From positions 178,872,001 through 178,932,000 of the forward strand of contig NC_086097.1 in the NCBI RefSeq assembly GCF_963921235.1: a stretch of DNA of 60,000 bases, given 5' to 3'. Below, piece after piece: positions 1-9,444 of this stretch. Both the position numbers and the translations under genes were made by a program. Under the pieces are notes generated by a model that saw nothing but the letters and a program-made list of their open reading frames with translations, did no database searches and was not told the origin of the DNA. Origin of the DNA: Mobula hypostoma. Its lineage: Eukaryota. Each line of letters begins with the position of its first letter. Positions within the stretch are counted from its first letter, which is position 1.

Positions 1-277
1 ATATTGTACCTGCCCATCTCTAATTGTGCTACAAGATCATCTGCCTTATTCCATATATTATGTGCATAATCATCTGCTTAACCTTCCCCACCGTCGCACT
101 ACATACTGCATCTATTTTTATACCAACTGCCCCATCCTCAGCCCTATCATTCTGGTTTGCATCCCCCTGCCAATCATCAGATTTCTGAACAGTCCACAAA
201 CTCATGAATACTACCTCACTATTTTGTTCCCCTTTTGCAATATTTATTTATTAAATATATTCATATTGTAATTATTA

Positions 278-785
278 CTGCACCTGATAAAGTGACTACT
301 AAGTGTTTGTCCTTGGTCTTCAGCAGCTGTAGCCCATTCACTTCAAGGTTTGTCGTATTGTGCATTCAGAGATGCTCTGTTGCATACTACTGTTGTAACA
401 CGCGGTTATTTGAGTTACTGTCACTCCCGTGTCAGCTTGCACCAGTCTAGACATTCTCTTCTGACCTCTCTTCAGAACTGGCACTCAATGGATTGTTTTT
501 GCTTTTCGTGCCATTCTCAGTAAACTCTAGGGACGTCGTACGTGAAAATCCCAGGAGAATCAGCACTTTCTGAGATACTCAAACCACCTCATCTGGCACC
601 AACAATCAATGCACAGTCAAAGTCATTTCTTCCCCATTCTTATGTTTGGTCTGAACAACAAATGAACCCCTTGACCGTGTCTGCGTGCTCTTGTGCATTG
701 AGTTGCTGCCGCATGATTGGCTAATTAGATATTTCCTTTATTGAGTAGGTATACAGATGTATCCAATGGTGTGGCCACGGAGTGT
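278..785 (-). mobile_element. Non-autonomous Tc1/mariner DNA transposon remnant
   Basis: The minus strand at ~500-590 reads as a degenerate Tc1 N-terminal HTH peptide (GGLSISESA.LLGFSRT). TIR-like motifs resembling 'acctaataaagtggccactgagtg' occur at ~281-306 and ~759-785. Confidence 0.75.
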
Positions 786-949
786 TTGTCAGTGATAATA
801 TATCTGATTCTCAGAAGAAATCTCTTCTCAGGCAAAAAAAAACAGCAATAGTGACAGAAACCACACATAGTAAACCCAAGGGAAAATTCTGGAAAAGGTT
901 CTTTACCCGGAGAGTGGTGAGACTCACTATATAGAATGTTTTCTCGTCT

Positions 950-1266
950 GTAATGCCAGAATTTCTTGCCCATCCCTAACTAACCCTGAACTAAATAGAC
1001 AATTAAGAATCTCCACATCAGTGATTCTAAAGGCACAAAGAGCATGGACAGGGTAAGGAGAGAATTCCTCCAGAGGAATATCAGTGAACAGGATGGAGTT
1101 TATTACAGATTGGGTTGCTTTTTCTGGCACGGCCTTCTTTATAAATTCCAGATTTATATAATGACTTGAATTTAAACTCTCCAGAAGCTATGGTGGGAAT
1201 TGAACCCATGTTTTTAGACTCATGTCCAGAACTCTGGCAGCTGTCTCAGTAACTTAACCTTATCAC
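950..1266 (-). mobile_element. Old tRNA-derived SINE
   Basis: Minus-strand Pol III B-box GGTTCAATTCC at ~1196-1206. A homologous copy lies at ~44760-44945. The tail 'ttgcccatccctaactaaccctga' resembles the LINE 3' end at ~8770-8800. Confidence 0.55.
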
Positions 1267-1439
1267 GATAAGAAGACCAAATTTTCTTGAAGACATGTCC
1301 TGGGGCAAGTTTATTGTCTTCTGACAAGCAGAACTATCTTCCTTTCTGTGAGATGACCCTTAACCACTTGTGTGTTTCCCTCTTGGAGCCTATTGACTTT
1401 GGTTTAACCAGGGCTGCTTGATGCCACACTGAAAGGCTG

Positions 1440-1800
1440 GGTCAACTGTTGTCTTGGTAAAGGTAGTTTATATCTCAGTTGCACAGAGCATTGGTGAGGC
1501 CAAGTTTAGAATATTGTGTTCAGTTTTGGTCACCATGCTATAAGAAAGATGTTATTGAGCTGGAGAGAATGCAGAGGATGTGACAGGACTTGAGGGATGG
1601 AGCTATGGAGAGAGATTGAGGAAGCTGGGGCTTTATTCTTTAGAACTTAGGAAAACGAGGGGTAAAATTACAGAAGTGTATAAAAATATGAGGAGCATTG
1701 ATAGGATGAATGTACAAAATCTTCTTCCTACGGCTGGGAATCAGTAACTTGTGAGGGCATAGGTTTAAGATGAGAGGAGAGGGATTTAATAGGAACCCCA
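1440..1800 (+). mobile_element. Degenerate CR1 LINE ORF2 C-terminal fragment
   Basis: 'cattggtgaggccaagtttagaatattgtgttcagttttggtcacc' matches the [14 protein letters not shown] motif of the young CR1 at 32121-35114. Confidence 0.8.
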
Positions 1801-1908
1801 CGCATACTGAAAGAGTCAAAGGACACTTATTATCCAACTATGTATGCAGTATACAATGCTGAGATTAGTCTTCCTACAGACAGCCACAAAACAAAGAAAC
1901 CACCATGG

Positions 1909-2041
1909 AAACAACAGGAATTCTGCAGATGCTGAAAATTCAAGCAACACACATCAAAGTTGCTGGTGAACACAGCAGGCCAGGCAGCATCTCTAGGAAG
2001 AGGTACAGTCGACGTTTCAGGCCGAGACCCTTCGTCAGGAC
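1909..2041 (-). mobile_element. Penelope-like element, solo pseudo-LTR/tail fragment
   Basis: Nearly identical to 4985-5081 and to the reverse complement of 35726-35858. Ends at the hammerhead stem I. Confidence 0.85.
2008..2041 (-). ncRNA. Minimal type I hammerhead ribozyme motif (stem I truncated to 3 bp)
   Basis: Minus strand: GUC-CUGACGA-AGG gucucgg CCU-GAAA-CG-UC^GAC. Confidence 0.65.
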
Positions 2042-3159
2042 CTGCTCATAGAAAACATCAAACACCCAACATGCAAAAGAAGAACAAACCATGTAAATGG
2101 CAAAAAACGAGCGAGAAACACACAGTATAAAATATCAAACCACAGAGTCATTGAAATAGTCCAGGAATGTATAGTTTAGTTCAGTTCAGCTCAACTTAGC
2201 GCTGTGTCATTCTTTGACTGCAGGCCACAGAACCAATCTGCTCCAATCAAAATCACACAAAATAACAATAAAAAAAGGAGTAACCAGGAACTGGAAACAC
2301 ATATAACATGAACTGTAGAATCCAATCTACAAACCGCACTGACCTAACCTTGCCCAAGACGGAAGACTGTGGCAACATCAAACAAGAGGGGGAGAGAGAT
2401 CAGTCCAACGCAGGCACTTTCCTCTGGGAGCAGCGAGTGAGAGCGAGGGAGGCCGATAAATGCAGGCAGGTGATGCTGAATACCCCGCTTGCCTTTCACT
2501 CTCATCCCCGTTGATTTCAATCTTACCCGATGCTTTGATTGGCAAGAAATGGAGTTGATCGTAGGCTCGCACCAGGCTTCTTGGCCTGAAGGCCGCACAC
2601 TCCACTCGAAACCTGATCAAACTCCCTCAGAAACAGCAAAGCTCAATTGGCCCAAAAACACACCATCAAAATGTAAATATCAGGTTCCAATCACACACAA
2701 CTTAGCAGCAGGACCAGATTTGAAAGAAGAAGTAAAAGAAGTAATTTCGTGAACTGTCTGAAGGATGTTGTTTTGGTCCCATCGTTCGCTGACACCATCT
2801 TCTTCAGTATCTTCTTCGAATGAAGAAATGTAGGCAAATGGGGCTAGTTCAGTGGATTGTCTTGGTCAGAATGGACCAGTTGAGTTGAGGGGTCTGTCTC
2901 TGTGTCTGGTGTTAAGGGCAATCCCAGAATTCAAGTCCACAGTCTATGCTCGGACAAAGACTGTAATGTTTGGAAAGCATTTGGTGAGCTGCCAGATCCA
3001 AGGTTATTACAGAACATAAGAGCTCATGGTGTTGGAGGTCACACATTGGAAGATTGGCTAGTGAGGTGTAATAAGTGGTAGACCACAGGGATCACTCCTC
3101 GTACCTCAATTCTTTACACTTTATATCAATGAGTGTACTGTGGATACTGTTGATAAATG

Positions 3160-3600
3160 TTTAACTTCACATTCATGCACAGCTTATAATGTAACTGCCA
3201 TGGAAACTAGCTTTCTGCAGCAGCGGCACAGTACCACAAAATGAAGAAAACATGTTAACATAAACCTACATTAACATAATTTATACGTATACAATTTACA
3301 CATGTGCAAGATAAGCAGCAGCCTAAAACGTCATGACACTGGTGCAGGACTGAGAGGGAAAAAATTAGTCTGAAGTAATGTTAGGGATATTCAGGTCGAT
3401 TCTAGAACCTGATTGTTATAGGAAAGTAGCTGTTCTTGAGCTTGGTAACATGGGATTGCAGGCTTCTGTACCTTCTGCCCGATGGTAGCTGCGAGAAGGT
3501 GGTATGGCTCAGATAATGACGGTCTTTGATGATAGTTGTTTCCTTCTTGAGGCTGAGCATCCTATAGGTGCTTTCAGTGGTGGGGAGTGTTGTGCCACTG
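3160..3600 (-). mobile_element. Rex1/Babar 3' fragment
   Basis: ORF 3402-3659 ends with 'IIKDRHYLSHTTFSQLPSGRRYRSLQSHVTKLKNSYFPITIRF', the typical Rex1/Babar C-terminus. Confidence 0.75.
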
Positions 3601-3609
3601 ATGGACCAA

Positions 3610-4185
3610 ACATTGGAAAGAATGCAGAAGAGGTTTACCAACCTGGACTTAGAGGACATGTGCTACGAATAAAGGTTGGACAAACTTGGGTTGTTTTCTC
3701 CGGAGCATCAAAGACTGAGAGGAGATCTCAGAGATGTTTATAAAGTTGAGAGAGGCATGGATAGGATGCAGTAGATGGTCAGAATCTTTCTCTCAGGGTA
3801 GAAATGGCGAACACTAGAGGCCATGGGTTTAAGGTGGGGGGGGTATAGGAATGGGCTGCCGGGGAAGTGGTGAGGGTAGATATGATAGCGGTGTCTAAGA
3901 AGCATTTAGACAAGAATGGAGGAATATGGATCATATATTGAAAACACAAATGCTGGGCAAAGTTAGAGACCCTTCTCAGCCCGAAATATCAATTGTTTCT
4001 TTTCCTCCACAGATGCTGCCTGACCTGCTGAGTTCCTCCAGCATTTTCTGTGTGTTGCTCAATATTTCCAGCAGAAATCTTGAGCAACATGCACAGGCAG
4101 ATGGGTGTAATTAACTTGACATCATGGTCAGCACAAACATGGTGGTCTGAAAGGCCAGTTCCTATACTGTACTGTTCTAAGTTGT
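3610..4185 (+). mobile_element. CR1 3' fragment interrupted by Penelope tail pieces (~3940-4075)
   Basis: CR1 C-terminal coding remnant and 3' UTR 'ggtctgaaaggccagttcctatactgtactgttcta'. Inner 'agatgctgcctgacctgctgagttcctccagcatttt' is Penelope tail sequence. Confidence 0.65.
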
Positions 4186-5046
4186 ACATTACACTAATTT
4201 AATTATGGGCAGTGTTAGTGTGATTATTCGATGAAATGAAAGAATCATATTAAGTGTGTGTAGAGCAATGCGATGTGGCGAGGTATGGAATGTTCCTGAT
4301 TTACGAAGATATCAGGTTAAGGACAATTCTCGGAAACAGAATCCTAAGAACCTGGGGAGTGCCTGTATAACATCGAAACATATGAAATTGTTGGCTTTAA
4401 CCAGGAAATAAAGCCTGCTATCTCAAGAGTTGAGAGATTACAGAGCCATGAGATACAGAGGAATCTTAGTGTTCTAGTAGATGCCTTGCCAAAGGCTGTT
4501 ATCCAGGTATGGCTGTTAGACTGCAAAGCTGACGGGTTGTTTTAGTTTATTGTTTGGGGAGTTGAATAAAAAAACAGAGAAGAGACACTTCTATGGCTGG
4601 CTCCTTATTTAAAGATGGAGGTTTACTAGGCTAATATCTGGAAAGAGTGGGCTGTTTCATGAAGAAGGATTGAATCAGAATTAGGCTCATTGTCACTGAC
4701 TAATACGACATGAAATGTTTGTGGTTTTATGGCAGCAGAACAGTGCAAAGATAATTTGGTAAATTGGTTTATTTTGCACATGAACTACAGTATAGCAAAA
4801 AGCTTGTATACCATCCGTATAGATCACTTCATTACAACAGTGCATTAAGGTCATACAGGATAAAACAACGCAGAATAAAGTGTTACAGTTATAGAGAAAG
4901 TATAGTGAAGGCAGTCAATAAGGTGCAAGGTCATAACAAGGTAGGATATGATGCCAAGTCTGTCTTATTGTACCAGAGACCACTCAACACACATCAAAGT
5001 TGCTGGTGAACGCAGCAGGCCAGGCAGCATCTCTGGGAAGAGGTAC

Positions 5047-5082
5047 AGTCGACGTTTCAGGCCGAGACCCTTCGTCAGGACT
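5047..5082 (-). ncRNA. Minimal type I hammerhead ribozyme motif
   Basis: Minus strand: AGUC-CUGACGA-AGG gucucgg CCU-GAAA-CG-UC^GACU. Full core, stems I and II, palindromic ACGU stem III. Confidence 0.8.
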
Positions 5083-5376
5083 AACTGAAAGAAGAGCTAG
5101 TAAGAGATTTGAAAGTGGGAGGGGAAGGGGGAGATCCAAAATGATAGGAGAAGACAGGAGGGGGAGGGATGGAGCCAAGAGCTGGACAGGTGATTGGCAA
5201 AGGGGATATGAGAGGATCATAGGACAGGAGGTCCGGGGCGAAGGAAAAGGGGGACGGGGAGAAACCCAGAGGATGGGCAAGGGGTATAGTCAGAGGGACA
5301 GAGGGAGAAAAAGGAGAGTGAGAGAAAGAATGTGTGTGTATAAATAACGGATGGGGTACGACGGGGAGGTGGGGCA

Positions 5377-5780
5377 TTAGTGGAAGTTAGAGAAGTCAAT
5401 GTTCATGCCATCAGGTTGGAGGCTACCCAGACGGAATATAAGGTGTTGTTCCTCCAACCTTAGTGTGGCTTCATCTTTACAGTAGAGGAGGCCGTGGATA
5501 GACATGTCAGAATGGGAATGGGATGTGGAATTAAAATGTGTGGCCACTAGGAGATCCTGCTTTCTCTGGCGGACAGAGCGTAGGTGTTCAGCAAAACGAT
5601 CTCCCAGTCTGCGTCGGGTCTTGCCAACATATAGAAGGCCATATCGGGAGCACCGGACGCAGTATATCACCCCAGCCGATTCACGGGTGAAGTGTCACCT
5701 CACCTGGAAGGACTGTCTGGGGCCCTGAATGGTGGTGAGGGAGGAAGTGTAAGGGCATGTGTAGCACTTGTTCCGCTGGT
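5377..5780 (-). pseudogene. Penelope GIY-YIG endonuclease C-terminal fragment
   Basis: IYCVRCSRYGLLYVGKTRRRLGDRFAEH...HFN...LEEQHLIFRLGSLQPDGMN. No RT domain because of 5' truncation. Confidence 0.88.
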
Positions 5781-5949
5781 AAGGGAGGAACACTCAATTG
5801 TCTTACAGCAGCGGGGAAAAATAGAAAAATTACGAGATAAATAAATAGTGCAAAAGAAAGGAATAATGAGACATTGTTCAAGAGTTCATGAGCTATTCGG
5901 AACTCTGATAGTGGAGGGGCAGAAACTGTTTCTGAATACTGTACAGGCT

Positions 5950-6715
5950 GGGCATATACCCACTTGTGCTTGGAGAAGAGCAGAGAGGACTTGATTGAAA
6001 CATGAATGAACCTAAAGGACTTGACATGTTCCAGAGGGGATGCATCTTCTTGAGGGAGAATGTAGAATGAGGGCTTGCTGTTAAAAGGGTTTTGCTATTC
6101 AAGAGAGAAATGAGACTAGTTTCTACCCTCTGAGGGTTATGGTTCTCTTGAGCTCTCTTTGTCAATGGACAGTGGAAACAGATTCTTTGGATTTCTTTTA
6201 AGCCCGAGATTGACTGCTTCCAGATAAGCAAAATGGTGCAAGGTCTCATAGGAGGAGGCCCTTCCGCCCATCTCATCAATGGTAACCAAGATACTCATCT
6301 AAGCTAGTCCCATGTAAGCATGTCCCTCTAACTCTTCCTAGCCAGGTACTTGTCCATATGTCTTTTAAATATTGTTATTGTACCTGTCTCCAGTACTTCC
6401 TTTGGCAGCTCATTCCATACACTGACAACCCTGTGAGGGAAGAAGTTGCCTGTCAGATTCCTTTTAAATCTTTCCACTCTCACCTTAAACCTGTGCTCCC
6501 AGGTCTTAATTGAGTGCATTATTCACTATCTATGCCCCTCGTGATTTTATACACCTCATAAGATTGCCCCTCAGTCTCCTTCACTCCAACGAATGAAGTC
6601 CTACCCTACCCATCCTCTCCCTGTTATCAGGTCCTTGAGTTCTGGCAACAGCCTCATAAATCTTCTTGGCATGCTTTCCGTCTGACTGATGTCCTTCCTG
6701 TAACAGGGTGACCGA
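5950..6715. mobile_element. Two degenerate CR1 3' fragments, tail to tail (+ ~5950-6280; - ~6280-6715)
   Basis: ORF 6328-6519 'ERFKRNLTGNFFPHRVVSVWNELPKEV...FKRHMDKY' is the CR1 ORF2 C-terminus. Confidence 0.75.
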
Positions 6716-6717
6716 AG

Positions 6718-6940
6718 AGGCAGCATGATAGTGTAGCAGTTAGCGTAAGACTGTTGCACCAGTGACCTGGGTTCTGCTGCTGTCTGGATGTCTGTATGTG
6801 ACCACGAGGGTTTTCTTTGGCTGCTCCAGTGTTCTCCAATATTCCAACGATGTATGGTTTAGTAGGTTAATTAGTCACGTGGGTGTAACGGGGGTGAAAG
6901 AGCCTATTACTCCGCTGTATCTCTCAATACAATAAATAGA
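6718..6940 (+). mobile_element. tRNA-derived V-domain SINE (HE1-like)
   Basis: Head 'ggcagcatgatagtgtagcagttagc...gggttc' and a V-domain-like core. Homologous to copies at 9140, 45205 and 55110. Confidence 0.65.
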
Positions 6941-7399
6941 TCAATAAATAAAACTCTGCACAGGTGAATCCTCGCCAACATCTTGTACAGAAGTAGATAG
7001 GAATACGGATAGCCTACTTCTGCTCTAATAATTGTTTGTGCCAAGTGGAGTTGGCAAAATTAAACTCGGAATTGGTGGGTAGGTTATTGATGAGGAGGTC
7101 CCACTTGCCAGCATTGCAAACAACTCCTAGTTGATGACTGATTAGGCAGTGACTGGCTAGTTTGGCTTTGTCCTACTCTTTGTGAAGGTAGCACATCTGG
7201 CAATTTTCCACATTGTCGGGTAGGTGCTAATGCTGTAGCTGTACTGGAACAGAAAGGGCTGAATGGCATTTTCCTGTTCCAGTGTTCCTAAAGTTCCCAA
7301 GCTCACAACTGGGTGCCCCATGAGGGCTGTGATGCAGATGGGAAATGATTCATCATTGTCTGTATGTGAGAAAGTGGGTGTATAGTGCCCTTATGTCTG

Positions 7400-7716
7400 T
7401 CTCTTGGCATGTACAGTGTGATTGGGTGTGATTACCTGGATCTTTGTGAGTGTGTGTGTGGGCAAGAAAATGGGAGTGTTTGTGTGATCTATGTCTATGT
7501 GTGTGTGAATGTGTGCATATGGTTTCATGTGTGGCTGTGGATATGTATATGGTTTGTGTGTGTGTGTGTGTATATGGTTTTGAGTGTGTGTGTATATGGT
7601 TTTGAGTGTGTGTGTGTGTGTGTATATGGTTTTGAGTGTGTGTATATGGTTTTGAGTGTGTGTGTGTGTATATGCTTTTGTGTGTATGTATATATGGTTT
7701 GTGTGATTGTGTATGG

Positions 7717-7755
<39 letters not shown>

Positions 7756-7800
7756 GTTGTGTGTCTGTGTGTATATATGGTTTTGTGTGTGTGTGTGTGT
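7400..7800. repeat. Compound (TG)n microsatellite with recurring 'gtatatggtttt' spacer
   Basis: Seen directly. The H/T- and C/V-rich ORFs here are artefacts. Confidence 0.95.
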
Positions 7801-8271
7801 CTCACACACTAAAGGAGCATCATTGATACCAATATGGCTCACCAATAAATCTCTGGCTTGCAATCTAAAAAAAAACATTCTTTCATGCAAAAACAACATT
7901 GGCAAATAAAGCTGTGAAATGGCACTAATTATCGGCAGTAAACTGTATCTTAATGAAGCACTGCTGTGGAGCGCTGAACTGTGAGGGAAGTTAAGTTTCA
8001 ATTAACTTTTTACAGTTTTTTAATTCTGTTCCTTAAACACCTGCCTCTTTCTCCTCCACACTGATTCAGTGACGGCTTGAGCTCATCTCCTCGTTCCCAG
8101 CCACTATACTGGAAGCTTCTGACCCTTTGAATACTCAATTACATCAGATTATACAGTCTATTTAGTCCATCTAATCTCTGATAGTGCCTCCGCTCTAACC
8201 AACCTGTGTCTCACTACTATCCATCTCTCTTATCGACCTCCCCTTAAACCCTCTCTGTTCTTGACATCAGT

Positions 8272-8714
8272 CTCTCCCTGTGGGAGTGAGCCCCACATTC
8301 CCACTTCTCTTTGTAGGAAGGAGCACCACATTCCCAACTCTCCCTGTGGGAGTGAGCTCCACATTCCCACCTTTCCCTGTGGGAGTGAGCTCCACATTCC
8401 CACCTCTCCCTCTGAGAGTGAGCTCCACATTCCCACCTCTCCCTGTGGGAGTGAGCTCCACATTCCCACCTCTCCCTCTGAGAGTGAGCTCCACATTCCC
8501 ACCTCTCCCTGTGGGAGTGAGCTCCACATTCTCCCCGTGGGAGTGAGCCCCACATTCCCACCTCTCCCTCTGAGAGTGAGCTCCACATTCCCACTTCTCC
8601 CTGTGGGAGTGAGCTCCACATTCCCACCTCTCCCTGTGGGAGTGAGCTCCACATTCCCACCTCTTCCTGTGGGAGTGAACCCCACATTCCCACCTCTCCC
8701 TTTGAGAGTGAGCT
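8272..8714. repeat. 33-bp minisatellite, about 13 copies
   Basis: Unit ctctccctgtgggagtgagctccacattcccac, giving an 11-aa periodicity in overlapping ORFs. Confidence 0.95.
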
Positions 8715-8744
8715 TCATGGTCTCCTTTACTGGAGTCTTGCTAA

Positions 8745-9115
8745 AGACTTGGGCATCTCTGGGACGGCCAACACTTCTTGTGTTGCCCTGATTACCCTTG
8801 AGAAGGTGGAGATCTACTCCCTTCTTCAATCATTGCAGTCCTTCTAGTTAAGTCATCCAATTGTGTCATTGAGGGTTGGAGGGATGGGGGGCGAAATTCC
8901 AGAATTTAGACCCAGTAATGATGAAGGAACGGTTAATACTATTTCTGACTCAGAATGTTGAGTGTGACTCAGAGGGGTACTTGCAGGAGGTGGGGTTCCC
9001 CTGTGTTGGGTGGCCCTTCTCAGTGGTAGAAATGATGGGTTTGGGAAGAGCTGAGAGAAACCTGGGCAAGTCATGGCCGCGTATTCTGCAGATGCTTTGC
9101 ACTGCATTTTAAGCA
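8745..9115 (-). mobile_element. Old LINE (CR1/L2-group) 3' fragment
   Basis: 'tacccttgagaaggtgg...gaggggtacttgcaggaggtggggttccc' resembles a common elasmobranch LINE end (from memory of the family). Confidence 0.45.
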
Positions 9116-9139
9116 CATCCTTTTCCAACCCCACTATAT

Positions 9140-9430
9140 TGGCATGGTGGCATTGCAGTTTGCATAACACGTCACTCCACCAGCGATCAGGGTTCAATTC
9201 CCACCTGTCTCTGTAAAGAGTTTGCATAGTTTGGGTGCTCTAGTTTCCCCCCGCATTCCAAGGTTGTAGGGGTTAGGGTCAATAAGTTGTGGGCAAGCTA
9301 TGTTAGTGCTGTAAGCACGGCAACACTTGGGGGCTGCCCCCAGCACATCCTCAGACTGCGTTGGTTGTTGACGCAAATGAAGCATTTCACTGTATGTTAC
9401 GATGAACATGTGGCAAAACTTGTTTTAATC
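9140..9430 (+). mobile_element. V-domain SINE
   Basis: B-box 'gggttcaattccc' at ~9190 and core 'gtaaagagtttgca'. Homologous to 45205-45510. Confidence 0.7.
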
Positions 9431-9444
9431 TTTTTTCATTTCAA

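Larger units (their letters stand above)
1812..2802 (-). mobile_element. Non-autonomous Rex1/Babar-related retroposon, interrupted by a Penelope fragment
   Basis: The left end matches the Rex-type 3' tail at ~37730-37860. The right end reads 'aagatggtg' on the minus strand, a plausible 5' start. No ORF. Confidence 0.45.
4985..5783 (-). mobile_element. Young 5'-truncated Penelope-like element (GIY-YIG endonuclease end plus pseudo-LTR)
   Basis: ORF 5377-5670 encodes a GIY-YIG domain, followed by a pyrimidine-rich 3' region and a hammerhead motif. It sits inside a Rex-type tail, with 'cactcaa' on both sides (4981-4987, 5791-5797). Confidence 0.9.

Noticed and set aside
921..934. Partial T7 promoter-like string gactcactata
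   Set aside because: Short chance match with no vector context.
7353..8001. His/Thr- and Cys/Val-rich ORFs (also at 16921 and 42465)
   Set aside because: Translations of (TG)n microsatellites.
8272..8714. CRISPR-like palindromic 33-bp repeats
   Set aside because: Units are contiguous with no unique spacers, there are no cas genes, and the context is vertebrate. The same applies to the other arrays.
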